This document shows, piece by piece, positions 12,363 through 22,411 of a stretch of 64,000 nucleotides of DNA. Each line of letters opens with the position of its first letter. Positions within the stretch are counted from its first letter, which is position 1. Under the pieces are notes generated by a model. The model was not told the origin of the DNA, made no database searches, and saw only the letters and a program-made list of their open reading frames with translations. The translations under genes and the position numbers were made by a program. The DNA is from Salinispira sp. (GTDB lineage: Bacteria > Spirochaetota > Spirochaetia > DSM-27196 > Salinispiraceae): assembly GCA_965226555.1 (NCBI GenBank), contig CBDDDG010000010.1, positions 288,001 to 352,000 of the forward strand. The letters are read 5' to 3'.

Positions 12363-13381
12363 GACCTCCGGTATTGACCTTTTTTAACAATAAAGGCGGC
12401 GTTGGCAAAACCTCACTTGTATATCATCTTGCATGGATGTATGCAAAACTGGGTAAGCGGGTAGTCGTTGCCGATTTTGACCCTCAGGCAAATCTCACGG
12501 CAGCGTTTCTGGACGAAAATACAATAGAAAACCTCTGGACTGACGGACACGCGGGCTCAACAATCTACCAATCGATAAAACCATTGACCGGGGTTGGAGA
12601 CATTGCCGAACCTCAATTGGAAAAAATTGATACAAACCTCTTCCTCATACCCGGCGATGTTGAGCTATCAAATTATGAAGATATTCTCTCCACCGAATGG
12701 CCGCAGAGTATGAATGACAGAAATCTGTACCGTCCGCTGCGTATTCTCAGCGCTTTCTGGCAAGTCATCCAGATGGCAGAGAATAAACTGGCGGGAACTG
12801 AAATGGCGGTTGATATTGTTCTTATTGATATTGGGCCGAATCTTGGCGCCATAAACCGCTCTGCATTATTGGCAACCGATTATGTTGTTATACCCCTCGG
12901 GGCTGATCTTTTCTCCCTGCAGGGGCTCAAAAACCTCGGACCGACCCTGCGGGAATGGAGGATAAACTGGAAAAAACGCCTCAATAACTGGAGTAATAGT
13001 AGTGAGAAACCGGATCATCCTCGTTTTATGCTTCCCTCAGGCAGCATGAGGCCTATTGGATACCTCTGCCAGCAATATGGAATCCATCTGAATCGTCCGG
13101 TGAAGGCATATGACAAATGGGTCCGCCGCTTTCCTCGAATGTATCGGAAATCTGTGCTCAATAAAGATGAGAAAAAAGATATCGCACTGGAAAATGACCC
13201 GTACTGTCTGGCAACAATGAAACATTACCGCAGTCTGGTACCAATGGCGCAGGAACACCGCAAGCCCCTGTTCATGCTCACATCGGCAGACGGCGCCATC
13301 GGCGGTCATGCCAATGCCGTTACAAGTGCATACAACGATTTTCAGCAGCTGGCCAAAACAATATCCCATAAAATGACCTGA
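12359..13381 (+). CDS. ParA/AAA_31-family ATPase
   Basis: FFNNKGGVGKTS deviant Walker A, DFDPQANLT, DIGPNLGAINR; ATGA overlap. Confidence 0.88.
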   Translation: MRPPVLTFFNNKGGVGKTSLVYHLAWMYAKLGKRVVVADFDPQANLTAAFLDENTIENLWTDGHAGSTIYQSIKPLTGVGDIAEPQLEKIDTNLFLIPGDVELSNYEDILSTEWPQSMNDRNLYRPLRILSAFWQVIQMAENKLAGTEMAVDIVLIDIGPNLGAINRSALLATDYVVIPLGADLFSLQGLKNLGPTLREWRINWKKRLNNWSNSSEKPDHPRFMLPSGSMRPIGYLCQQYGIHLNRPVKAYDKWVRRFPRMYRKSVLNKDEKKDIALENDPYCLATMKHYRSLVPMAQEHRKPLFMLTSADGAIGGHANAVTSAYNDFQQLAKTISHKMT

Positions 13382-13382
13382 C

Positions 13383-13940
13383 ATGGGGAAAATGGAACAC
13401 GCCATGGGGCAATTTCTTATGTATACGGATGAAGACGGCACACTGAAGCTGGATGTCCGTTTTGAAAATGAATCCGTATGGCTGACTCAGCAGTTAATGG
13501 TGGAGCTGTTCCAAACAACTAAACAGAACATAAGTCTCCATATTCAAAACATTTACGAAGAAGGTGAGCTTTTACCGGAAGCAACTGTCAAGGAATACTT
13601 GACAGTTCAAACTGAGGGGAAGCGCGCAGTAAAGCGTATGCTGGATTACTACAATTTGGACATGATTATTTCGGTTGGTTACCGAATAAAGAGCCATGTA
13701 GCAACCCGTTTTCGTATGTGGGCAACACAGAAAATAACCGACATCTACACCACAAGCATCGACTACGATCCAAAGCTGGACATGAGCATTGAATTCTTCA
13801 GAACCGTGCAGAACAAAATGCACTGGGCCATTACCGGACAAACGGCCGCAGAAATTATTCATTCCCGCGCTGATGCGGATAAACAGAATATGGGATTAAC
13901 CAATTATCGTGGAGCAAAGGTTCGTAAGCAGGATAATTGA
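13383..13940 (+). pseudogene. RhuM-family (virulence protein-like) gene, internally deleted and truncated
   Basis: ESVWLTQQLMVELFQTTKQNIS..YNLDMIISVGYRIKSHVATRFRMWAT..FFRTVQNKMHWA; 3' end cut by the mosaic duplication. Confidence 0.8.
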
Positions 13941-14514
13941 GAAACTCACCTCACACAGCCGTACTGCCATCGATGTAACATCTGCCCCAACTCATAATAT
14001 GAAACCGACATATCCCATGACAGCCATACATCAAATTGTGTACAATGCCGTCATGCACAGAACCTACGAGGAAACAAACGCGCCAACACGGGTATATTGG
14101 TATAATGACCGTATTGAAATTACCAGCCCCGGAGGACCGTACGGGAATGTTACCCCGGAAAATTTCGGTAAACCGGGAATAACCGATTATGTTGTTATAC
14201 CCCTCGGGGCTGATCTTTTCTCCCTGCAGGGGCTCAAAAACCTCGGACCGACCCTGCGGGAATGGAGGGTAAACTGGAAAATGACCCGTACTGTCTGGCA
14301 ACAATGAAACATTACCGCAGTCTGGTACCAATGGCGCAGGAACACCGCAAGCCCCTGTTCATGCTCACCGCGGCAGACGGCGCCATCGGCGGTCATGCCA
14401 ATGCCGTTACAAGTGCACACAACGATTTTCAGCGGCTGGCCAAAAAAATATCCCATAATATGACCTGACATGGGGAAAAATACGTGAAACTTCAAACTGA
14501 GGGGAAGCGCGCAG
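13933..14514 (+). repeat. Collapsed mosaic duplicate of four segments of the AlbA_2-parA-rhuM locus
   Basis: 13933-14189=11928-12184; 14181-14281=12874-12974; 14273-14479=13186-13392; 14479-14514~13594-13629. Confidence 0.92.
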
Positions 14515-14750
14515 CTTGCGGCAGACGAATATGAAAAATTTTATGCAAGCCGTCTGAAAATCATGAAAATTACATTCGATCCAAATTTGCGTTAATCGGA
14601 ATGGCGATCTGGATGCGCAGCCCCCGACGCATGGGCGCTCAATATGCTGGCATACAACATCAAAAAGCTTTCTTGGCACCCAGTAACTGAATTTCAGTGA
14701 ATGCCGTCTCGTATTTCAGATGATTTCACATCAAACACCATAAAATAATT

Positions 14751-14818
14751 CAAAGTTTTCCAATGCAAAAGTTTGTCTTAAAAGCAATATCATGGATATT
14801 GTATCCGGCATTACTCAT
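14751..14818 (-). pseudogene. 5' relic of an Rpn-family gene cut by a half palindrome
   Basis: Minus strand MSNAGYNIHDIAFKT matches IHDIAFK of the Rpn at 21350; runs into repeat half-site 14751-14775. Confidence 0.55.
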
Positions 14819-14935
14819 GTATATCTCCTGCTATATCTATAACGGGAGAAATGTTATTTTTAACTGTGTTTTTTGAAAGAATTTTGCAAAATTTGTGAAT
14901 TTTTTTCGGGAGTCGGGAATGGGGCTGGTATGCTC
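14806..14935 (-). repeat. Rpn leader element (~130 bp)
   Basis: Reverse complement is highly similar to 37854-37985; contains CCCGTTATAGATATAGCAGGA. Confidence 0.85.
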
Positions 14936-14979
14936 TGAATGTTGATATTATCCGCTCTGCGCGCAGGCAGAGCGGATAA

Positions 14980-16004
14980 TTAGTGCGATCCGTTCCGCAA
15001 TGCCCGCATTTCCTCATCGCTCAGCCCGGTAACATCCTGAATGTCATGGGCTGAAAATCCTTTGGAAAACATACTGCGGGCCGTTTCTCGAATGCCTTCT
15101 TCACGACCTGTCTGCAATCCTGTCTGAAGTCCTTCTTCACGACCTGTCTGCAATCCTTCCTGCCGACCTGTCTGAAGTCCTTCCTGCCGACCTGTTCGCA
15201 GTCCTTCCTGCCGACCCATTTCCGCAATGCGCGCTCTGAATGTTTCCGCATTCATTCTGAACATTTTCGCTACCTCCTTACCTCTCGGTTCTTTTGTTCT
15301 TTCTGAAACTTTTGCATTGGAAAATTGTGCAAGCACAATTTCCAGTAGCAAAAGTTTCAAATTTGGAATGCTTTCTTTGTGCTTAGCATTCTCCAATTTT
15401 ATAGAAAGTTTTGCCTCTGGCAAAACTTTGCTTCTAACTGGTTCATTAGCGTGTCAAAGTCTATAACAATTCCGAACATCGAATCTACCACGCCGATAAA
15501 TTCCTTTATCAGCTCCAGCGATTCCTCATTCAGCATTTCTGCTATCGCTTTCTCCACCTTCTGAATGTCCCAATCCGTATTCAGCAGATTTTTCGAGTAC
15601 AGATCAAGGTACATAACAGCCGCAAACATTCTTCCCCGCTGCTGCAGCTGCTCCGCAGAATAATCGCTCTCACTTATCAGCTCGTAAGGAAAAGGGGGCA
15701 AGATACTGCGGGAATTTCCGCTTCCGTTGCTTTCTGACATTCCCGGGCACCTTCCATTTTCTCGTACCATTATAAAACACAATGGGCAGAAATATCAACT
15801 CGCAGTCATCGGGAATTGCGCCGGAGCGGTGAATGTTCCGGTAGAGAAGGTTTGTGTACTCCGACATGCGGAGGGGCATGTCTTTGTCCATGCGCCTCCG
15901 ACAAAGCGTTGCAGAAATTGGAGCATTATTGCGGGTTGGAACAGCAGAGAGCGGTATCCTTGGTCGTAGGGAACGGGGGCGGGTTTTTCTTTGAAATCGA
16001 TCAT
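14980..16004 (-). pseudogene. Rpn-family (YhgA-like) nuclease/putative transposase, degraded, with intact C-terminal small ORF 14980-15264
   Basis: YDQGYRSLL, DKDMPLRMSEY, LPIVFYNG..W fragments in different frames; GRQEG repeats and ARSMF..VTGLSDEE tail; repeat module inserted at 15305-15430. Confidence 0.8.
15305..15430 (-). repeat. ~125-bp repeat module, copy 2
   Basis: Reverse complement of 646-772. Confidence 0.9.
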
Positions 16005-16020
16005 ATAATTCCTCCTGAAC

Positions 16021-16074
16021 GAAAGTTTTGCTACTGGAAATTGTGCTTGCACAATTTTCCAATGCAAAAATTTC
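16021..16074. repeat. 54-bp palindromic core
   Basis: GAAAGTTTTGCTACTGGAAATTGTGCTTGCACAATTTTCCAATGCAAAAATTTC. Confidence 0.9.
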
Positions 16075-16210
16075 TGAACGTTTCTTTCTGAATAGGGGAG
16101 CTCCCATGGCGACATGGTCCCATGGTGAATTCTCTCCTCTATATCTGTGACGGGTAAAAAGTCATTTTTGACTATGTTTTTTGAGAAAATTTGAAAAAAG
16201 TTTGCCTTTG

Positions 16211-17321
16211 CTGGATTCAACATTTGAAGTGCACCACTTCGGGCCCACTGTGAGATAGTTTAAGCATTCTATCAAAAGCTTCCTGCGGTGTCAAATAGTT
16301 CAGAATTTTTCGCGGTCGATTGTTGAGCGACCGCTGAAACTCCAGTATTTTCCCTGCGTCAATCATATTGAAATCGCAGGACTTGGGAAATTGTCGGCGT
16401 ATGAGACCGTTGGTGTTCTCTACCGTTCCCTTTTCCCAACTGTGATACGGCTGGCAAAAATATACCTGCATACCAGTCAGCCGCTCAATGTTCTTATGAC
16501 GAGCGTTCTCGCTTCCGTTGTCGAGAGTGAGTGTCCTCCGCAGGTCGGGGGGCAATGACCCGAGCAGCGAAATGGCATGATGAGCAAAGGTAAATGATGT
16601 TCTATCCGCAAGCGGAGCAATGAAGGTCATCCGGGTTGCCCGTTCAACAAATACCGCCACAGCGCTGCGCTGACCCTTTCCAATTATACAATCGCCTTCC
16701 CAATGTCCTTCCTCGACACGGGCGTCAACCTCTTTTGGGCGCTCGCTAATTCCTTTCTTGCCAACGACATCGGGGTTCTTCTTACAATAAGCTCTCCGGT
16801 CGCAGCGTCTCTTCCGTTTCTTTCTCCGGGTCGGCAGCAGAACGCACCACTGACGATTTTTCGGTCGGTAACAATACTGGTAAATGGCTTCATGGCTTAT
16901 CGATTGACCGGTAATATCAATACCAATGCGCCCTGAGATTTGCTCGGGAGACCAGCTGCATTCCAGCTTTTCATGAACATAGTTCAGGACAATATCATTT
17001 TTCAGATGCGTATACTGACCTTTGTTTTTCCGACGCTCCCGCGCCTTCCGCTGAGCCTGATGAGCTACATACCGCCCGTGATCATTCCGGTTACGGTTCA
17101 ATTCGCGGTAAATGGTCGTATGGCAACACCCAATGGCCCGGGCTATCTCCCTGACGGGATATCCTTTTCGTCGATAATAGGCAATATCCTCATCACTTAT
17201 CCGTATCCAACTGATTATACTGTCTGTGCGCCACCTTTTTGTCCTCCTCGTAGTGGTTTTTTCTTATACTCACTATATCTCAGAGGGCGGGGAGGTGGTG
17301 CACTTATGGTTGAATTCACCG
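16211..17321 (-). mobile_element. IS30-family insertion sequence
   Basis: Imperfect TIRs ATTCAAC...AAGTGCACCAC at 16215-16240 and 17292-17315; possible TTTG duplication; IS30 transposase inside. Confidence 0.85.
16217..17234 (-). CDS. IS30-family transposase (frameshift near 17195)
   Basis: WSPEQISG, GHWEGD, TLTLDNGSE, WEKGTVENTNG, NNRPRK; the N-terminal HTH (VREIARAIGCCHTTIYREL) is out of frame with GTG 17234. Confidence 0.9.
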
Positions 17322-17402
17322 TTTGCAAAATATTACTATTGCATGGATTCTTTGGGTATGATATTATCCAACAATCTCAATTGTATCGTGAGGAGTTATA
17401 TC

Positions 17403-19031
17403 ATGAACATCAAATTATACACGGGAATCCGCTTTCTATTCTGCGCGATGTGCATAGCATTAATTGCTGCATGTCCGATGCCGGAACCCGAGCCAATGCC
17501 GGAACCCGAGCCAACTGTGCCGGGTACAATAGGTGCCCCAGACCTTAAAGCGGGGAATGGGCAACTAACGGTTAACTGGACTGTGCCGAACAACGGCGGC
17601 AGCCCCATTATCGGGTATGCGCTGCAATATCGCACAGGCGAGGGAGAATGGACCGGAATTAGCTCCGGTTTCACCGGCACAAGCTACACCATTATGAACC
17701 TGACAAACGCCGCTGAGTACCACGTACAGGCTCGCGCCGTCAATGCAGTCGGCGCTGGGTCATGGTCGGAATCTGCCGTTGCAACTCTCCCTACCGCTGC
17801 AACTCCCCCTGCCACCATTCCTGACGCGCCGGCTGCTCCAACCCTATATGCGGGCACTGGGCGGCTTGTTGCGAGATGGTCTGAACCGGACGATAACGGC
17901 AGCGCCATTACCGGGTATGAGCTGATATATCGCGAAGTCGGCGTAACTACATGGACGGCTGCTTCCGGCATCACCGGAACAGACCACACCATTACCGGCC
18001 TGACAAACGGTGCTCTCTACCAAGTGCAGATGCGCGCCATCAACGCGGTTGGTACTGGACCCTGGTCTGCACCCGTAACGGAATCGCCGCTATTTTCTCC
18101 GACAGAGATTCCTTCAGGGGAGGAAGGGTCTATAAGCCTTTTGGCTGCCGATAATGCCATTGTTACTGCCAGTATTGCCAATGAGAACCTGAACATCAAC
18201 TTTTCTTTGACCACGGTAGAACCAGACCCTCTTTCGGTTACTGGAGGAGACCTTATGGTAACCCCCAATGGGGCGCCCACAGGAGTCACCATTCCGACAG
18301 TTAATGCGAGTACCGGAATTGTTACGGTTACCGCGAGTACAACAGCAGGAACATATCTGTTATATGGTGAAACAGAAAATGGCGACATACTCTTTGCCGA
18401 ATATTTCTATGTTACCGTGAGTCCACAAGATGGCGATGGTACTGGTGTTACTGCTAATGATGGTGATGGCGGTAACGATGAACTGAAAGCAGCGGTAGAT
18501 GCGGGAATAACTGCTTGGGGACAAACTGCCGATTTCAACTACATTATTACCACGGCAGTAACGGATATGTCTGAAATTTTCAATTCCAAAACCACATTTA
18601 ATGGCGATATCTCACTCTGGGATACTGCGGCGGTAACGAATATGAGCGGTATGTTTATTAGCGTAACAGTATTCAATGGCGATATCTCACTCTGGGACGT
18701 CAGTAAGGTAACGGATATGTCCTATATGTTCAATAATGCAAGCGTATTCAATGGCGATATCTCCGGCTGGGATGTCAGCTTGGTAACGAATATGTCCCAG
18801 GCTTTCCGGCAAGCAAGAGCATTTAATCGTGATATCTCAGCTTGGGAGCCTGCTGCGGTAACGAATATGAGCCGTATGTTTACTGACGCAGATGCATTCG
18901 ATCAGGATCTTGAGGAGTGGAAGGATCATTTGCCGCTCATTAATGCTAATGGCAAATACACCGGAACCAAAACAGATGTGTTTAAGAATTCCGGCGTGAC
19001 AGGTACTCTGGTGCCGTCATGGTATGAGTAG
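17403..19031 (+). CDS. Lipoprotein with two fibronectin type III domains and DUF285/BspA-like repeats
   Basis: Lipobox IAAC, NGGSPIIGY/QARAVNAVG Fn3 motifs, FNGDISLWDVSKVTDMSYMF repeats; SD GAGGAG. Confidence 0.88.
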   Translation: MNIKLYTGIRFLFCAMCIALIAACPMPEPEPMPEPEPTVPGTIGAPDLKAGNGQLTVNWTVPNNGGSPIIGYALQYRTGEGEWTGISSGFTGTSYTIMNLTNAAEYHVQARAVNAVGAGSWSESAVATLPTAATPPATIPDAPAAPTLYAGTGRLVARWSEPDDNGSAITGYELIYREVGVTTWTAASGITGTDHTITGLTNGALYQVQMRAINAVGTGPWSAPVTESPLFSPTEIPSGEEGSISLLAADNAIVTASIANENLNINFSLTTVEPDPLSVTGGDLMVTPNGAPTGVTIPTVNASTGIVTVTASTTAGTYLLYGETENGDILFAEYFYVTVSPQDGDGTGVTANDGDGGNDELKAAVDAGITAWGQTADFNYIITTAVTDMSEIFNSKTTFNGDISLWDTAAVTNMSGMFISVTVFNGDISLWDVSKVTDMSYMFNNASVFNGDISGWDVSLVTNMSQAFRQARAFNRDISAWEPAAVTNMSRMFTDADAFDQDLEEWKDHLPLINANGKYTGTKTDVFKNSGVTGTLVPSWYE

Positions 19032-19056
19032 TTTCATAGCCCGCAGCGGCCAGCCC

Positions 19057-19235
19057 TGCGCTCCACCTCCGGCAGGCGCGGGGGGCTGGTCGGAGGCGTG
19101 CGCCTCCGGGGCTGCTCGCCATGCGTCCGGCTCGCCCATGCGGCTGTTGCTGAGACTGGGCTGGTCGGCGTTGCACGCCTGCTCGCCATGCGGCTGTTGC
19201 TGAGACGGGGGCTGGTCGGAGGCTCCGGCAGGGTT
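19057..19235. repeat. GC-rich dispersed repeat with internal sub-repeats
   Basis: TGCGCTCCACCTCCGGCAGGCGCGGGG..CTGGTCGG; core also at 22607 and 48892, partial at 21226. Confidence 0.75.
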
Positions 19236-19303
19236 TTCGGCAGAATGTCTGCCAGTTGATTTCAGTACCGGAAAAGGCTATTATACATGAGAGGAGACAG
19301 ACA

Positions 19304-19930
19304 ATGCCAGAACTAACCGTACAAGAAATTAAAGACATGATGGCAGAAACGGCAAAGGCCCAAAAGGAGGCTCGAATTGAGGCTGAGCGTCGAGGGAGGG
19401 AAATTGACCTTCGAATGGAAAAGGACAGACAAGAGGCTAAGCGTCGAGGGAAGGAACTGGACCGCCGAATGAAGGAAACCGACCGCAGGCTAAAAAAGCT
19501 CGATGAACTCTTTACCTCCCAGTGGGGCAAGCTCATAGAGAGCCTCGTGGAGGGCGACTTGGTAAAGTTGCTCAAGATGAGAGGAATTACCGTAGACAAA
19601 ACTTTGGTTAGAAGAGAATATATAGAAGTTCCGGGAAAACCGCTTGCCGAGTTTGATCTTATTGCCTGCAACGGCAATGAAACGGTGGTAATTGAAGTTA
19701 AAACCACTCTCAGGGTAGAAGATGTGGATCATTTTCTCAAGAGCATGAAACTATTTCGAACAGCCATGCCCCGCTTTCAAAACGATATTATTTACGGGGG
19801 TGTTGCCTACATAAATGTTGTTGGATCGGCCGATAAATACGCTCAAAAAAAGAAGATCTTTGCCATTAAAGCCACGGGTTCCAGCGCCTCCATTATCAAC
19901 GCCGAAGACTTTGAACCGCAGACATTTTAA
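19304..19930 (+). CDS. Coiled-coil plus PD-(D/E)XK-like protein (DUF3782-like)
   Basis: Charged N-terminal repeats, WGKLIESLV, AEFDLIACNG..VIEVKTTL; SD GAGGAG. Confidence 0.7.
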   Translation: MPELTVQEIKDMMAETAKAQKEARIEAERRGREIDLRMEKDRQEAKRRGKELDRRMKETDRRLKKLDELFTSQWGKLIESLVEGDLVKLLKMRGITVDKTLVRREYIEVPGKPLAEFDLIACNGNETVVIEVKTTLRVEDVDHFLKSMKLFRTAMPRFQNDIIYGGVAYINVVGSADKYAQKKKIFAIKATGSSASIINAEDFEPQTF

Positions 19931-19936
19931 TTCATA

Positions 19937-19990
19937 GAAAGTTTTGCCTTGGAAAATTGTGCAAGCACAATTTCCAGTAGCAAAACTTTC
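19937..19990. repeat. 54-bp palindromic core
   Basis: GAAAGTTTTGCCTTGGAAAATTGTGCAAGCACAATTTCCAGTAGCAAAACTTTC. Confidence 0.9.
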
Positions 19991-20757
19991 GTATTGAGCA
20001 CAAAAGCGCGTATGATCCAAAGGTCAGCGAACAGTTCGATAAATACCAGAAAGCCCTCATAAACAGCAGGACATTTCAGGCGCAGACCGATCTTCTTGTT
20101 CTGGTGCTATGGTACCATGGCGAACTGATATGGGAAGGAGATCTCAGTTTCCACAGTTCAGGGGATGTGCATACACACATACCGGAAAAATTGTACACAA
20201 TGATGGAAAAATACCTTGCGAGGCCAAAGGTTCTCAATAGGCCTGTGATGCTCGATGTGAATAGGATGTGAGCGAGGAGGAGTTTACCCGGGGGTCAGAC
20301 GGGGTTATGTTGACAGGGGGAGCTCTGTGCTATATTATGCGGAAAGTCAGTAAGACAGGCGATGAAGACTTGAAACTGGATACACGCTTTGAAAAAATCA
20401 ACAGGGAAATAAATCCCGAAACAAAATTTTGCCTGAGGCAAAATTTTCTACAAAATGCGAGAATGCTAAGCACATAGAGTCATCCAAATGTGAAACTTTT
20501 GCTACTGGAAATTGTGCTCTGCACAATTTTCCAATGCAAAAGTTTCTGGAGGAGAAAGACGTATGATGAAAAAAGTTCAGATGAGCGATTGGTTTGTCAA
20601 CCAAGGCATGGAGAAAGGTCGCGCGGAGGGGCATATTGAGGAGCGGAGAAAAAACGCCCGCAGTATGTTTTCGGAAGGCTTGTCGACAGAGGCTGTTCAG
20701 AGGATTACCGGGCTGAGCGATGAGGAAATGCGGACAGTGCGGAACGGATCGCATTAA
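19991..20757 (+). pseudogene. Rpn-family relic lacking its N-terminus, with intact C-terminal small ORF 20563-20757
   Basis: IEHKSAYDPKVSEQFDKYQKAL..LWYHG aligns to the Rpn at 21350; tail EERRKNARSMFSEGLSTEAVQRITGLS. Confidence 0.8.
20422..20546 (+). repeat. ~125-bp repeat module, copy 3
   Basis: Same three-part structure as 646-772. Confidence 0.88.
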
Positions 20758-20766
20758 TTGGAGCCG

Positions 20767-21178
20767 CTCGGCCTAGGATGTCAGTACGGTAACGAATATG
20801 TCTGCTGGGAGCCTCTGGAAACTCGAAATTTTCATGATTCATTGCGTAAAACAACGTTGTTTTAAGCTCAATCATGCGGACACTGGTTAATTTTTCTGCC
20901 AGATATTAGGTTTCCAGAGGTTCCCTGCTATGTTTCAAAACGCAATCAAATTCAATAGCGATATCTCGGGCTGGGATGTCAGTTCGGTAACGACTATGAT
21001 CGCTATCTTCGCTTTCGCAAGCGCATTCAATCAGGATCTTGAGGAGTGGAAGGAACATTGGACGGCCGAAACCGGCAATAAGCTTACTACCGCTGATCCA
21101 TCCAAATATACCGGAACCACAACAAATATGTTTCAGGGTTCCGGCGTAACAACAACGCCGTCATGGTATGAGTATTAG
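20767..21178 (+). pseudogene. 3' fragment of a DUF285/BspA lipoprotein gene interrupted by a MITE
   Basis: DVSTVTNMSA[MITE]MFQNAIKFNSDISGWDV...PSWYEY; 3' end homologous to 18900-19050. Confidence 0.8.
20807..20925. mobile_element. 119-bp MITE
   Basis: TIRs GGGAGCCTCTGGAAAC / GTTTCCAGAGGTTCCC (15/16 match); TGCT target duplication at 20803-20806 and 20926-20929. Confidence 0.88.
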
Positions 21179-21349
21179 TTTCATAGCCCATAGCCCGCAG
21201 CGGCTAATGAAACGTTGCAATTCAACTCAGGCAGGCGCGGGGCTGGTCAAACAGTAATATCTCAAAATAATAGAAACTTTTTACAAAAATTTCTCATTTT
21301 GTCATTCATATCTCGTTTTTCTCCCGTCATAGATATAGCAGGAAAATGT

Positions 21350-22411
21350 ATGAAAAAATCATCCCAGAGCACAGGCCATATCCACGACATAGCCTTCAAG
21401 ATCGCCTACTACAGAACCCCCCGTATGATTCCCGACCTGCTACGGCTGTTCTGTGAGGATACGACTCTTGCCAAGCTGGACTTGGGCAAAATTCGTATTG
21501 AAAACCCCAGCTACATTGCAGGAAAAAAGAACCTTCACTGCGATCTCATTGTCAGCGCCCCCTTCTTGTCAGACCCCGACCGGAAGGCCCTATTCATTAT
21601 TGAACACAAAAGCTACCAGCATAAACATGCTCTCACACAGATCGATAATTATCAGTATGCCCTCAGAAACAGCAATGTGTACAATGAAAATGATGCTATC
21701 TATATACTGCTGCTCTACCATGGAAAAAATGAATGGAACCTCCCACTCACATTTTACAGTTCGCATGGAACTCCAGCTTCCGAATCCCTTACCGAAGGCA
21801 CGGTGGATGTCAGGGCGAGAGTGTCGTACATTGTGCGCGATCTGAGGCGAATGGACAAAAGGCAGTTGGCATTGCGTTTCGATGGAAAACGATATACATC
21901 GACTGCGTTGTGGTATATAATGCGAGATAATGAGATGGATGCTGAGGGGCTGAAAGAAATTGCGCAGCTCCTGAACGGTCTGTCATCACAAGACTTTACT
22001 GATCTGGCAGAGAGTGTGCTAGGGTACCTGAAAGATCTGGGACTGTATGGACAGTTTGAGAAAATTGACAGGGAACTATATTCTGAAGGAGAAAACAGTA
22101 TGCGGACATATAATATTACCAACGCCTTCGTCAGAGAAGGCATTGCGAAGGGCCGGATTGAGGGTCTTGAACAGGGAATGGAGAAAGGCATTCTGAAAGG
22201 CCGGGTTGAGGGTCTTGAGCAGGGTATCACAAAGGGCAGGGCTGAGGGCATTGAGAAAGGACTGCGAACAGGTCGCGCTGAGGGGCATATTGAGGAGCGG
22301 AGAAAAAACGCCCGCAGTATGTTTTTGGAAGGGTTGTCGACCGAGGCTGTTCAGAGGATTACCGGGCTGAGCGATGAGGAAATGCGGACATTGCGGAACG
22401 GATCGCATTAA
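21350..22411 (+). CDS. Rpn-family recombination-promoting nuclease/putative transposase (intact)
   Basis: HDIAFK, LHCDLIVS, IIEHKS, LLLYHG motifs; EGLEQG/EKG repeats and terminal HTH. Confidence 0.85.
   Translation: MKKSSQSTGHIHDIAFKIAYYRTPRMIPDLLRLFCEDTTLAKLDLGKIRIENPSYIAGKKNLHCDLIVSAPFLSDPDRKALFIIEHKSYQHKHALTQIDNYQYALRNSNVYNENDAIYILLLYHGKNEWNLPLTFYSSHGTPASESLTEGTVDVRARVSYIVRDLRRMDKRQLALRFDGKRYTSTALWYIMRDNEMDAEGLKEIAQLLNGLSSQDFTDLAESVLGYLKDLGLYGQFEKIDRELYSEGENSMRTYNITNAFVREGIAKGRIEGLEQGMEKGILKGRVEGLEQGITKGRAEGIEKGLRTGRAEGHIEERRKNARSMFLEGLSTEAVQRITGLSDEEMRTLRNGSH
22100..22411 (+). CDS. Putative in-frame intragenic small protein (RpnS-like antitoxin), 103 aa
   Basis: GAAGGAGAAAACAGTATG: SD plus in-frame ATG at 22100. 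Confidence 0.6.
   Translation: MRTYNITNAFVREGIAKGRIEGLEQGMEKGILKGRVEGLEQGITKGRAEGIEKGLRTGRAEGHIEERRKNARSMFLEGLSTEAVQRITGLSDEEMRTLRNGSH

Noticed and set aside
13909..14468. Two novel small genes, or a DGR template/variable repeat pair
   Set aside because: They are chimeric fragments of upstream genes. No reverse transcriptase is present, and the few differences are not confined to adenines.
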